Part shown: positions 9,804-20,930 of the stretch, piece after piece | How the letters are laid out: each line of letters begins with the position of its first letter | How positions within the stretch are numbered: position 1 is the first letter of the stretch | Origin: an uncultured virus (IMG/VR IMGVR_UViG_3300020048_000092) | Taxonomy: Duplodnaviria > Heunggongvirae > Uroviricota > Caudoviricetes | Virus record (IMG/VR): IMGVR_UViG_3300020048_000092 | Strand: one strand, 5' to 3' | Length of the DNA: 64,000 bases | Translations under genes and position numbers: made by a program | The notes under the pieces: model-generated | Seen by the model: the letters and a program-made list of their open reading frames with translations, nothing else | What the model was told of the DNA's origin: nothing | Database searches by the model: none

Positions 9804-10680
9804 GGTGGTAGAAATGAGTCTTATTATTGGAAGTTAACAATAAATGGTTTATTATCCTATGAAGAACTCATTAGTATCTGGTAAATGAATATGCTTGCAA
9901 AACTTGTGGTGAACTTTTAAAAAACAATTACTATAGGAGATAATATGAGCGAAATACCCTCAACTGGCGTAATTAAAATGATACTTTGGCACACTGACAA
10001 ATGTAATAACCTATTTCCAGTAGATTTAGACAAAAAAAGGATTGTGTTTCATCGGAAACGCATGACAAAAGTACTTTCTGTTTTTGATCGCTTTTTATAC
10101 TTTGACATGTACCCCTATGTTGCACCACAAGACTTGATAAATCGTATCGAGTTGTGTGATTGGGCAATGTCACTTTATAAAACAAAAATAAGTAAGCACT
10201 ATAGAAGATGGGACAGAGTTAAATTATGCCTGATAAAAATGCTTACTAAAAAGTTAGATATTGCAGAAGCTATTAAGTATATGGAACAACAGAAAGATTT
10301 AAATGAGGTTGAATTCAGAAATCTATTAAACTGGTGTAAGTATGCCACTTCATATGTTAAAGGTAAGAAGAGGGAAAAATGGATTGAATTAGAAATAAGC
10401 ATTAAAGATAAAATGCTTAAAGTGCTGAAAGAAGGTGAAGCGAAGGTAGATAAGTTAAATGAATTGATTTCTACCATTAAAAATGATTTGAAAGCAGCGG
10501 AAAAAGAAGTATCTATTACTTATAAATCAATAAAGTGGATGGACGAATTTTTCCTGCAGAAAGTAACAGGGGACGGGAGTTGTGACGAATGTCGTTTGCT
10601 ACATAAACCACATTGTAATAAAGAAGAGTGCCAGGCAGGTAAATTTGTTTTTAAATTATCAGAATTAATAGGCGTCCAGC

Positions 10681-10914
10681 ATGAAAAGAAATGACATAGT
10701 AATTTTAATAACTACTAGACATGGTATTTCACGTAATAATCCAGTACATGCTTCCGAATATGCATGTGAAGGAACCATCACTGAGGTAAAAGATCAGGCT
10801 CGCGAAGGGGCACTTAATATATATGTAAGCTGGGATAATGGTGAATGTAATACATACGATGAAACTGATTTACAACTGGTTAACGAATCAATGAACTATA
10901 AAAGTATTTGGTAA
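10681..10914 (+). CDS. SH3-like (Mib/HERC2-like) small protein, SIW tail (YKSIW)
   Basis: NP...EGTI...YVSWDNGECNTY..DL. Confidence 0.7.
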   Translation: MKRNDIVILITTRHGISRNNPVHASEYACEGTITEVKDQAREGALNIYVSWDNGECNTYDETDLQLVNESMNYKSIW

Positions 10915-11299
10915 GGAGTAATAATATGGTTTATGACATTGTAGTGAGTTTATTGTTATTTTTTTCAGGAATATTTTTTCTTGTAATAATTTTTATAATA
11001 AAAGAACGTAAAATTATTGCAGAAAGGAAGAAACTGATTTCTAATAGCAGTAATAAATTAGACATAATAAAAGATAAATGGTTATGGGCTATTGATAAGA
11101 CTGATTTGAAAACAGATAGTTTTGTAACATTGAAAAACTTTTTAAATGCCTCTTTTATTATTGAAGGAGAGAGCAAGAGATATAAAGCAATATGTAATGA
11201 ACTTAAATCACGTGGTTATGACGTTATCATGTTAGAACTTAAACCAGGAGTAAAATTCCCATTAATACATCACCCTATAATATAGGAATAGATACATAT

Positions 11300-11548
11300 A
11301 TGGAATCAATATGTAAATTGGGAGAAATACCCGAAAAACTTTGGGATGCTGGAATCATATCTAGATCAGTTTTTGTTGTATTAGAATACCTTACTGTTAG
11401 TGATAGACCAACTGACTTGTATAGGAGACTACTAAAAATACCAGAAGTAACTTTAGTTAATTTGAACAAAGAATTAGACCTTAAATCTCGTCATATACTA
11501 GCTATAAAAGAAACTGATAAAATTACTGGTTACAAAAGCATTTGGTGA
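11300..11548 (+). CDS. SIW-tail protein (YKSIW), helical family
   Basis: ORF track; conserved tail. Confidence 0.7.
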   Translation: MESICKLGEIPEKLWDAGIISRSVFVVLEYLTVSDRPTDLYRRLLKIPEVTLVNLNKELDLKSRHILAIKETDKITGYKSIW

Positions 11549-11557
11549 GGTATACAC

Positions 11558-11773
11558 ATGGAAGTAAAACTAAAGCCCGGATATTATGTTCCAAGACCCG
11601 ACAACCCATGCATTGGTTCAGAGTTTGAGACTAAAGGATTTATTAGTATGTATTTAAGTTTTGGTGGAGTTAAAGTAAAATGGGATAACGGTACATCCAA
11701 TGTTTATCGTGACTTTGAACTTACAGATATTGGAGCAGAACTTGTAAAACTTAATTATAAAAGCATTTGGTGA
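11558..11773 (+). CDS. SH3-like (Mib/HERC2-like) small protein, SIW tail (YKSIW)
   Basis: NPCIGSEFETKGFI...VKWDNGTSNVY. Confidence 0.75.
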   Translation: MEVKLKPGYYVPRPDNPCIGSEFETKGFISMYLSFGGVKVKWDNGTSNVYRDFELTDIGAELVKLNYKSIW

Positions 11774-11780
11774 GGTAATT

Positions 11781-11996
11781 ATGAAAGTAGGGGACATTGT
11801 AAAACTAAAACCTGGATTTTATGTACCAAGGGCAAACAATCCGTGTATTGGTTCAGAATTTGAAACTAAAGGATTTATTAGGGAACATACATCAGTCACT
11901 GGAGTTATAGTTCAATGGGATAATGGTACATCTAACGGTTATGATGCAGAAGGTGAATTGGAACTCATAAGTCTTGATTATAAAAGTATATGGTGA
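11781..11996 (+). CDS. SH3-like small protein, close duplicate of 11558-11773, SIW tail (YKSIW)
   Basis: Shared VKLKPG.YVPR..NPCIGSEFETKGFI and WDNGTSN.Y. Confidence 0.75.
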   Translation: MKVGDIVKLKPGFYVPRANNPCIGSEFETKGFIREHTSVTGVIVQWDNGTSNGYDAEGELELISLDYKSIW

Positions 11997-12000
11997 TGTA

Positions 12001-12462
12001 ATGAAGAAAGAAAATGCTGTAGTGGGTGGTATAGTATTACTAAGAGCAGGCACATATATATCAACACCTACGTATCCTTGTATGCATTCTTTTTATGAAT
12101 GTCCTGGGCGTATAACAAAAATCTATGATGATGCGGTAAAAGTATGTTGGGCGAATGAACGCGTATCTATGTTTGTCCCACAATATTTGCTTGAAGTGCA
12201 ATCTACAGACTTACCTCTTTATTTTTGTGTACCGTTAAAAACTGCGGCAACTATCTTATACGATTATGCTATGATAGATATGAAGATATATAAAGCTTTA
12301 TTGAATGACATTGAAGCAAATAGCATTAATTTAGTCCGCGCCACAATAAATAACCATTGCAGTCTCGCAGAAGTCTATTCATCAGATACAGACAAAACCA
12401 TGGTAAAGCTTATCATAAGACAATCAAAAAACGGCAAACAAGGATGCAAAAGCATTTGGTGA
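12001..12462 (+). CDS. Two-domain SIW-tail protein (SH3-like + helical domain; CKSIW)
   Basis: ATG 12001; YPC..YECPGRI...VCWAN then ILYDYAMID..Y..L. Confidence 0.7.
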   Translation: MKKENAVVGGIVLLRAGTYISTPTYPCMHSFYECPGRITKIYDDAVKVCWANERVSMFVPQYLLEVQSTDLPLYFCVPLKTAATILYDYAMIDMKIYKALLNDIEANSINLVRATINNHCSLAEVYSSDTDKTMVKLIIRQSKNGKQGCKSIW

Positions 12463-12465
12463 TAT

Positions 12466-12726
12466 ATGGAAAATTTTGAAGTAATAAAAGTAACAACATA
12501 TGAATTGGTTGACTTACTCAAAGAAAGAAATCTCATAGATGATACAAAGTATCAGTATTTAAAAATACAGTGTGATTTGTGTAACTTTGGAACAATAATT
12601 TCATATCTACGTGGAATCTCTTTTGACATACATGTAGGAGCTAGAACTTGGACAGCAGTAAATGAAAGAACTATCATGACTACGAAACTTCCTATTGCGG
12701 AGTTCAATTATAACAGTATTTGGTAA
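12466..12726 (+). CDS. SIW-tail protein (YNSIW), helical family
   Basis: LLKERNLIDD..YQYL similar to 12001 C-domain and 11300. Confidence 0.7.
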   Translation: MENFEVIKVTTYELVDLLKERNLIDDTKYQYLKIQCDLCNFGTIISYLRGISFDIHVGARTWTAVNERTIMTTKLPIAEFNYNSIW

Positions 12727-12736
12727 GGATATTATT

Positions 12737-13843
12737 ATGGGAATCAAAAGTAAGACAATTGTGTGCATTCTTCTATTATTGTGCTTTATACTATCTACTG
12801 CCTGGGCAGAAGAACCGGCAAAACCTCGTTATGGTAAACGAGTTCAAACAATGAATACTGAAGTTGGTAAATTAGAAATACGCTTCAGAGACGTTCGTGA
12901 TACTTGGAGAAATCATCCAAAAGTTTTTACTGAAATGGAATTTAAAAATAAACAGGATATCTATACAATTGATGTGGATTTAACAGATGATATCCCTGTG
13001 CTTGAATTGAAAACACCAGGATCAAGATATAAAATTGCTATTGTATTTAACGATATAAACAAACCGTATACGAGAAGTATTGGTTATTCTAGAGTTGTCT
13101 GTAAAGTACCTGCTGAAATAATAAAGATTTACCATGTAGCAATTCCAGAATTCAAAGAGTATTATTATAAGGAACAATTTCAGTTCCCGGCCAATTTTGT
13201 TGTAGATCTTAGAAATGATCCATTCATAAACAGACAACAGTCGCTTGAACGATTTGAAGAGCGAAGAAAATATGACGCTATCCGTTCATTAAAACCAATT
13301 TCAGAAGCCGTCAAGCGTAGAATGAGTAACAATAATGATGGAGATTGTATAATTGATGATTACCAGAAGAATATAAGATACGTAGAAATAAAAGACATAA
13401 ACAATGATACAATAAATGATCTTTATCAGTCCAGCAGATTTTATGAGGGAGAAAAACTATTCAACTTTGTGGATATAAATGGTGACGGTCTGTGTGATAA
13501 TTATATGCCTGGCGTATTTGATTGTAAACAATCTACGGCTGATTATTCGAATGTGGTACTTGATTTAAGAAAAGATATATTCCAGTGTAAAAGTACCGCA
13601 AATGATGCCGGAATAGATTATATCGATCAGAATCTGGATGGTATTAATGATGTTTTTCAAAACACAAAAATAGCAGTTAGATTATTCTATCAGGGATATC
13701 CTTTCAAAGTTGATAAATTCACTGACGTTAATGGTGACACTATCAATGACGCATTTCAAACACTTAAAGTTTATAATATTTATCGTATGACAACTTTCAT
13801 CGATATGGATGGTGATGGGGTGTCTGATACTTATAGAAAATAG
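12737..13843 (+). CDS. Secreted protein with five DxN/DxDG calcium-binding-type repeats
   Basis: Signal peptide ending AWA; DINNDTIND, DINGDGLCD, DQNLDGIND, DVNGDTIND, DMDGDGVSD. Confidence 0.7.
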   Translation: MGIKSKTIVCILLLLCFILSTAWAEEPAKPRYGKRVQTMNTEVGKLEIRFRDVRDTWRNHPKVFTEMEFKNKQDIYTIDVDLTDDIPVLELKTPGSRYKIAIVFNDINKPYTRSIGYSRVVCKVPAEIIKIYHVAIPEFKEYYYKEQFQFPANFVVDLRNDPFINRQQSLERFEERRKYDAIRSLKPISEAVKRRMSNNNDGDCIIDDYQKNIRYVEIKDINNDTINDLYQSSRFYEGEKLFNFVDINGDGLCDNYMPGVFDCKQSTADYSNVVLDLRKDIFQCKSTANDAGIDYIDQNLDGINDVFQNTKIAVRLFYQGYPFKVDKFTDVNGDTINDAFQTLKVYNIYRMTTFIDMDGDGVSDTYRK

Positions 13844-14519
13844 GAGAAATAACATGAAAAAGAAACTTAGAAATGTCTTTGTGCGGCCGGAAAATATAGA
13901 AATGATTGATAGCGAGGACAGACAAATTTTTGTAGTTCCTCTTGGTAAAATTGTCTATATTACAGATGATGAAATATTTCTTGAAAATAATACAGTAATA
14001 GATGTAGAAGCTGTCATTAAGTCTGAGCGTGATAAGTATAAACTCAAACATAAGGGCGAAGAAACTTTATATCTGATAGACGGAGTGAGTAAATCTCATG
14101 ATGATTACTATAAAAGTAAAGATACAATAGAAGAAATGGAAAAAGAACTCGTTCGAAAAACTATGATTAATCTCACCGAGCAACTTAATGACTTTTGGGA
14201 AAATCGTATGGTATAGGAGTTAACAATGGATTACTATATAGAGATAATAGATCAGGTTGAAAATGCTAAAACATTCAATTCTAGTGACTTTATTAAAGTA
14301 ACTGATGCTGTATATGAAATTGAAGATACTGTAAATCGTAGAACCACTTTCCTTGGGATGAGAATAAAAAAATCTTCAATAAGTAATCGCATAAAGGACA
14401 CCATTCACTTGAAATATGTAGTAGACATTGTCAAAGACGATGCTTGGGGTAAAGTCATAAGTTACTTTAAAGTAAATGGTTTTAAAGAATGTTATTCATT
14501 ACCATATGGAGGTGTTTAA

Positions 14520-15518
14520 ATGGAAAATCTATTGGTAGTTGGTGGGAATATAGAAACAGGAAAACGATCAGAAGTTATCTATAAGATATTTTGTTTGTAT
14601 GTGAAGCTCTGTCACTTTGTTTTAGGTAGATTACATAATGGAACTCTTCCTGAAAATCTTAATACCAAAGAAGATTTGGTTCTTTGGTTTCCTGATATTT
14701 CCAACGAGCATACAAAAACATATCCGAAAAAGAAGAAAGGATCAGTACTAATATGTTCGAAGGTGATGCGTGATAACACCACGAGAATAGATGCTGTATC
14801 ACGCATCTTTGCTATGCAGGGTAACGCCATAGTATTGATATATAAGAATCAGAAACCATTCAAATTTGAATTGGTCGATGCTTTAAACAATACATGGTGC
14901 CTTACAGATGATATTGAGGTGCTTGTAAATACGATAAATGAGCTATACACATGGACTAAAAAGTCTGTGAGAATCAGTTTAAAACAAAAAGATTTGGCAT
15001 CCATCAATCTTCCTAAAGTAGATTGTTCCAGTTTTATTGAAATTAACAAAAAACTTGCACTAAAGGTTGCTGAAGGCTGTGGTAATAGATTTTTTGGTAA
15101 TTATAGTACGCGTTGTACAAAACTGTTCCCTTCTGAACGAAACGAAAACATGTTTCTATTCTCACCAAGAAATGTAGACAAAAGGTTTGTTACTGAAGAT
15201 GATCTTATAGCAGTAACAGACCAGAATTACTTTGGCGATCGTAAACCTTCGGTCGATACCCCAGTACAACTTAAAATATATACAAGCTATCCAAATATCA
15301 ACTTCATGATCCATGGGCATGCCTTAATTGACGGCGCGCCTACAACCAAACACTATTTTCCATGTGGAGATCTTCGTGAAGTAGACGAAGTACTTAATCT
15401 GGTTGAAGAAAAGCATACCAAAAGAATCAATCTTAAGAATCATGGCTTTCTTCTACTTGGAGAAACTGAAGAAGACATGCGCATTCATCTTGAGGAATGT
15501 AACTTTAAATCACTCTAA
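14520..15518 (+). CDS. Protein with C-terminal class II aldolase/adducin-like domain
   Basis: KPSVDT...IY...IHGH...LKNHG metal-binding pattern. Confidence 0.65.
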   Translation: MENLLVVGGNIETGKRSEVIYKIFCLYVKLCHFVLGRLHNGTLPENLNTKEDLVLWFPDISNEHTKTYPKKKKGSVLICSKVMRDNTTRIDAVSRIFAMQGNAIVLIYKNQKPFKFELVDALNNTWCLTDDIEVLVNTINELYTWTKKSVRISLKQKDLASINLPKVDCSSFIEINKKLALKVAEGCGNRFFGNYSTRCTKLFPSERNENMFLFSPRNVDKRFVTEDDLIAVTDQNYFGDRKPSVDTPVQLKIYTSYPNINFMIHGHALIDGAPTTKHYFPCGDLREVDEVLNLVEEKHTKRINLKNHGFLLLGETEEDMRIHLEECNFKSL

Positions 15519-15716
15519 CTGTGAGGCTATATGGAAAATTTTACTAAGGCATTTTCTCCTCTATACGAACAATTTGTGACAATCAAAAAAATTCGTCGTG
15601 ATACACAAAACAGCCGTGAATGGGACTGGATTATTGATGCCCAGTTACCTACAGGAGAAGTTATAGCGTTCAGACGCAACGAACTGACAAACTATTCTTA
15701 ACTTAAGGAGTCTATT

Positions 15717-16697
15717 ATGAAACCAAATCCTAAGAATTTCTGTGGTGGAAATTATAATGATTGGGTAGAAGTGATGTTAACACCAAAGTGTAATGGTAAA
15801 TGTGCCTGGTGTGTGGATAAAAATGGGTTTCATCCAAAGGAAGAAGTAGACTGGAAGACACTGGCTGACACCATCATAGCTCTGAATAAACGTAATATTA
15901 TCCTGCTAGGTGGCGAGCCAACTTTGTATAGAAAACTTCCGGAACTAGTATCCTATCTATCGTCGCATAACAGAGATGTTTATATTACTACAAATGGAAG
16001 CCACATGACATTTATAGGTAATAATATATCTAAATTGGCCGGGCTGAATGTGTCTATTCATCATTATGATCTTTACAGAAATAAAGATATTACCGGAATT
16101 TTAGTTAATTTCAATCTACTAGAAAGAGTAATAAAATACTTTAAGGAGGACAAGAATATTCATACAAGACTTAACTGTACTCTAATAAATGGAGAAATAG
16201 ATTCAGTACATGAGATAAACGAATACATCGAATTTGCAAAAAGCGTAAGAGCGACTTCGGTGAGATTTGCCGAGCTTAAACACGACAGCAAATTTGTAAA
16301 TCTGTACGAATTGTTCGGCAATGCCTACGGGTTTTCCAATAATCCTTTTGTAAATGGCTGCTCTACAGATGCTGTGTTAAATGGGATGCCAGTGTCGTTT
16401 AGGCAGATGTGTGGTTTACAAACATCTTTCAGGCCTTTACCTACGGATTTAGAGGCATTCGGAAACAAAAAATCAGTTGTATATTACAATGGTGTAGTAT
16501 ATGATGGATGGCAAACTAAAGACAAGGAGATAGAAGAAATGAAACTGAAAGATAAAAATCTTAGTGTTAAACAAATTCTCGAAAAAGTTAAATCCGGACA
16601 AATGACGATAGAAACCGCCAATAAATTATTGGAAAAGAAGGCACAAACAAACGCTTCCGATGAAACCGATCGCTACGATGGTAGCTGTAGATACTGA
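15717..16697 (+). CDS. Radical SAM enzyme
   Basis: CNGKCAWC (CxxxCxxC), GGEPTL, ITTNG. Confidence 0.85.
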   Translation: MKPNPKNFCGGNYNDWVEVMLTPKCNGKCAWCVDKNGFHPKEEVDWKTLADTIIALNKRNIILLGGEPTLYRKLPELVSYLSSHNRDVYITTNGSHMTFIGNNISKLAGLNVSIHHYDLYRNKDITGILVNFNLLERVIKYFKEDKNIHTRLNCTLINGEIDSVHEINEYIEFAKSVRATSVRFAELKHDSKFVNLYELFGNAYGFSNNPFVNGCSTDAVLNGMPVSFRQMCGLQTSFRPLPTDLEAFGNKKSVVYYNGVVYDGWQTKDKEIEEMKLKDKNLSVKQILEKVKSGQMTIETANKLLEKKAQTNASDETDRYDGSCRY

Positions 16698-18565
16698 TTA
16701 AGGAATTGCACATGCAAATCAAACGTGAACAAAATCATTATGATTTCTTAGATGCGCACCTACCGAAATTCCTTAACGACACAAAAGTTCGTGGAGGATG
16801 GGACTGGAATGCTGGAATAATTTCAGCCCATGGTGATAAATTTTATGGCTATAAAGATAAATGGGAGGAAGCTGGTATACACTTTTTTCATGGTTGTATG
16901 ATAATGATGCTCACTTATTGTTCCCCATATGGTGATGAAACAAGGGAAAGAGTTTCAGGTGTTAGATGGGTAGATCCATCTCAATGGGTTATTGATAATT
17001 ATGATAGATTAAAAAATTTACTTCCAACAATAGAATAGGAGATTTAAAATGATATGGAGAATTGCAATAGTTTATGCTATTGCCAAAAATACTAACATAT
17101 CAGAGCAAGGCATAGTGTGGTTAAGTATAATTTGTTTTATAACATGGTTTATTGACCTTTAAAATTAGGAGAACTAAAATGATTCAATGCCAATGTAACA
17201 GCCATATGCTCGAAAACAACAGCTACAAGCTAATATCTAAATGTCTTAAAACAGGAGAACCTGTAAGTGTGGTAATGGTCTGTGACTGTTGTGGTTATCG
17301 TTGGGTTACTGGAGCAGAACCAGATTTTGACTATGATGGAAAAGAATGTATGTTGGGATTTGGTGGAGATTTTCATCCTGAAAAACACAAAGATTTGCAA
17401 CATGTCTATGGTATTCTACATTTTCCTTCTACATCAATTGGTAAAGGAAGTTTTGCAATTATAGGACATCATGAAAATCTCGGGAGTGGAATTCTGGGTT
17501 GGTACGAAAAAAAGGAGCATGCAATGATTGCTCATAAGAATATGCTTAAAGATCGGAAGCGAATAGCATACACCGGTAAAGTGGTAACAAAAGAAGAAGC
17601 ATTAGGAGATAATTAGAATGGATATGTCTTTTTGTCTATATGTTCTTGGATCGACACTGATGACAATAGGTGTTGGTACTATGGTAACAGTATTGACCAG
17701 TAGTACTGACCTTGGGTTATCTGCTGGGTCAATTACAGCAGCAATATGCTTGTGGGTTGGTAGCTACTGTTTTAGAAAATGGTGATAACCATGCCACATT
17801 TTATGGAGGAAGAAATGACTTTAACGATGTATTTTATTGTAATATTTGCTATATGGTTAGTGTTTGGTATAGCTATAGTATTACATGACGTTCATGTGAC
17901 ATATAGTAGAAAAGGTACATTAACTTTAAAAGACGTAATTATGTCTTTTGCTGACTGTTTTCCATATGGAGGATTTTTAATTGTTATAATAGGCTATCAA
18001 TCTGTCATAGATATTTCAAAAAAATATGTAGATATCTTTTTGAATTGGTGTGATGGTACCGTATTAATAAGGAGGAAAAACAAATGATAGTGCTGTATAT
18101 CTATTTAATCTATGTATTATCTGGGCTCATTGCTGCAATTATTTGTACAGTAATCGACTACCGTGAAGGAACAGCGATAACGTATAAGTATTTACTAACA
18201 TTGTTGTTTCTTTCTGTGTTTATTGGCCCAGTTCTACTTGGTGCCGTTATTAGCCTTCTGCTTAAGTCCTCTAAATTGGATATTGTATTATTTAAAAGGA
18301 GAACAAAAAATGTCAAATGAAAAATTAGTAAGATTGGGATTTGATAAGGGTGTAGCAAAAATTTATCCAACTGAAAAATCAGTTGACAACTGGCAGTTTA
18401 GTGACCATGAAGAAAATGAAGCAATGTTGGCTACTTGTGTGGCTAGAGTGGCTAAAGCTAATGGACTGAGCGCAAATGATATTCATCGCGCTTTTCCATT
18501 GATTCTTCGTATGTTAAAATCAAAATCAGTTTGGGCGGAATAGCCAAACACAAGGAGAACTAACC

Positions 18566-19726
18566 ATGAAAAATGTATTAACGACTGAAAAGAAACCAAT
18601 CAAACTATGGCTTGACGATCTGGAAGATTTAGCATTAGCACAGGCAAAGAATTTAGCTAATCTTCCGTTTACATTCAGCCACGTAGCACTCATGCCCGAT
18701 GCTCATATGGGTTTTGGGATGCCGATTGGCGGTGTTGTGGCTACACATGGGGTAGTAATCCCTAATGCAGTGGGAAGTGACGTGGGGTGTGGCGTGTGTG
18801 CTGTAAGAACTTCTCTTACAGATATCAACCTGGAAGATTTGAAGAAAACAATGTCTAAGATTAGAGAACATATTCCTTTGGGTATGAATCATCATTTAAA
18901 AGAACAAGCGGATAAATGGATGCCGGCCAGGATACATGGCAATGATCTGCTAGATTCTCTTCATTTTTCTTCATTGAAACAGATAGGAACTCTTGGTGGC
19001 GGAAATCATTTCATTGAGCTTCAAAAAGGTTCCGATAATTTTGTCTGGATTATGCTTCATTCTGGCAGCAGAAATCTTGGCTTCCAGGTTGCAAAGTATT
19101 ATAATTCCTTAGCAATTGAATTAAATGAGAAATGGTTTTCGGAAGTGCCTACAACGTGGCAACTTTCCTTTCTTCCATTGGATACGAAAGAAGGTATGGC
19201 CTACATGGAAGCAATGAGCTATTGTGTTGAGTTTGCTCGACGCAACAGACTTCTCATGATGGCTAGAATTCAAGATATTATCGTAGACACTTGTAAAAAT
19301 GTAGAGTTTGGTGCTATGCTTAATATCGCTCATAACTATGCTGAGATGGAACATCATTTTGGCAGAAATGTTGTGGTACATAGAAAGGGGGCTACAAAAG
19401 CATATGCAGGCCAGTTAGGTATTATACCTGGTTCACAAGGAACCTCAAGTTACATTGTTAAAGGTTTAGGTAACAGAGATAGTTTCATGTCATGTTCTCA
19501 TGGCGCCGGCCGTAAAATGGGTCGAAAACGTGCCCAAAAGGAACTTGTCCTGTTGGATGAAATCAAACGCCTCGATGAGCTCGGTGTAGTTCATTCTATT
19601 AGAACTGTAGATGATCTGGATGAAGCTCCCGGTGCTTATAAAGACATCACAACCGTTATGGAAAATCAGAAAGACTTGGTTGAAATTGTAGTTGAACTAA
19701 AACCATTAGCAGTAGTGAAAGGATAG
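18566..19726 (+). CDS. rtcB: RtcB RNA-splicing/repair ligase
   Basis: MPDAHMG.GMPIG, VGSDVGCG, GTLGGGNHFIE, HSGSR, HNYA, HRKGAT, SHGAGR, DEAPGAYKDI. Confidence 0.97.
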   Translation: MKNVLTTEKKPIKLWLDDLEDLALAQAKNLANLPFTFSHVALMPDAHMGFGMPIGGVVATHGVVIPNAVGSDVGCGVCAVRTSLTDINLEDLKKTMSKIREHIPLGMNHHLKEQADKWMPARIHGNDLLDSLHFSSLKQIGTLGGGNHFIELQKGSDNFVWIMLHSGSRNLGFQVAKYYNSLAIELNEKWFSEVPTTWQLSFLPLDTKEGMAYMEAMSYCVEFARRNRLLMMARIQDIIVDTCKNVEFGAMLNIAHNYAEMEHHFGRNVVVHRKGATKAYAGQLGIIPGSQGTSSYIVKGLGNRDSFMSCSHGAGRKMGRKRAQKELVLLDEIKRLDELGVVHSIRTVDDLDEAPGAYKDITTVMENQKDLVEIVVELKPLAVVKG

Positions 19727-20930
19727 TAACATGGATATTTATGTTTTAGGTAGTATAGTAGCTATTTGTTGTGGGCTACTTGGAATTTTAGTTTTTTTAG
19801 GGCTATGGTCTGACAAGTTTACTGATTTTATTAACAGTGTGTTTTCACAAGAGTTTCTTAACCGAGTAGGTATTTTAATTTTCTGTATCATACCGGTAAT
19901 TTATGTTGTCATTTTTGTATGCTGGAAGATTTCAACAATCGTTGGTTTGAATATAAACATAACCATTAATTGAGGAGATAACCACTTACAAAAATACCAG
20001 AATGTTAAAATGAAAAGTTAGTGTGACATACTACCAACAAAATAACAGCCTGGTCTGTAATATGGCCGGGCACAAGGAGAATAAACTATGTTTATAACAG
20101 AATGGAAAGAAGAAGTAGATGGATCATACTGGGAAGCAATTGCTTCCATAAGGGAAGGATTAACTCCAATATTCAAGTTGGAGATACATGATCTACGACA
20201 TGATGGTAAACTTCAGTCAGAAAATACACATCGTTTCGAAATAATTATTAGAGATTATGTTACAAGTAAAATGCTTAGCAGTAAGTTTATAAAATTTAAC
20301 GCTACATACACCGACCCCAATTTTGTAGGTAAGCGAGTCAAGGAGAAAGCCATCGAGCTTGCCCACATGCTGTTGTTATTGGAAGGCTCTTATAACAGAT
20401 GTAAGAAACTTAAAAAGAATATCTGTCCTCATAAACATGTGAGTGCAGAAACATGTAACGGGTGTAAGTTACCTGAATTATTCATCAGTAACATAAATTA
20501 AAGGAGAAAGTTATGGAATTTGAATTATCAGGGTTAGGAAAAGATGGTAAACCTACCAGAGTAAGAACAAATGATGGCTTCATGCAAACAGCTAGAAAAT
20601 TTGATGAAGAAACAGACGGATGGATGCTTGACCAACTAGACCCTAATGACTTCGAAATCATAAGGATGGGTAGACAGACACAGGCATTAGTAAATGAAGT
20701 CAATCGTCTTAGACGGGAAAATTTTCAATTGAACAGAAGTATTAAGTAACCATGAAGGAGGAACATTATGAAGCGCACTAATACTGAATATGTGAAGCGC
20801 TTAGAAAAAGCGTTAAAACACATAGAAAGTACTTTATCTACATTGTATAAATTGTCAAAAGATCCTGAAGTAGACTTAAATTCTATGCGAGGGGCCGCAC
20901 TAACAGACATTAAACGTACTGTTAAAACGG

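Noticed and set aside
11558..11996. Diversity-generating retroelement template/variable repeat pair
   Set aside because: Differences between the duplicates are not adenine-specific, both are intact genes, and no reverse transcriptase is present.
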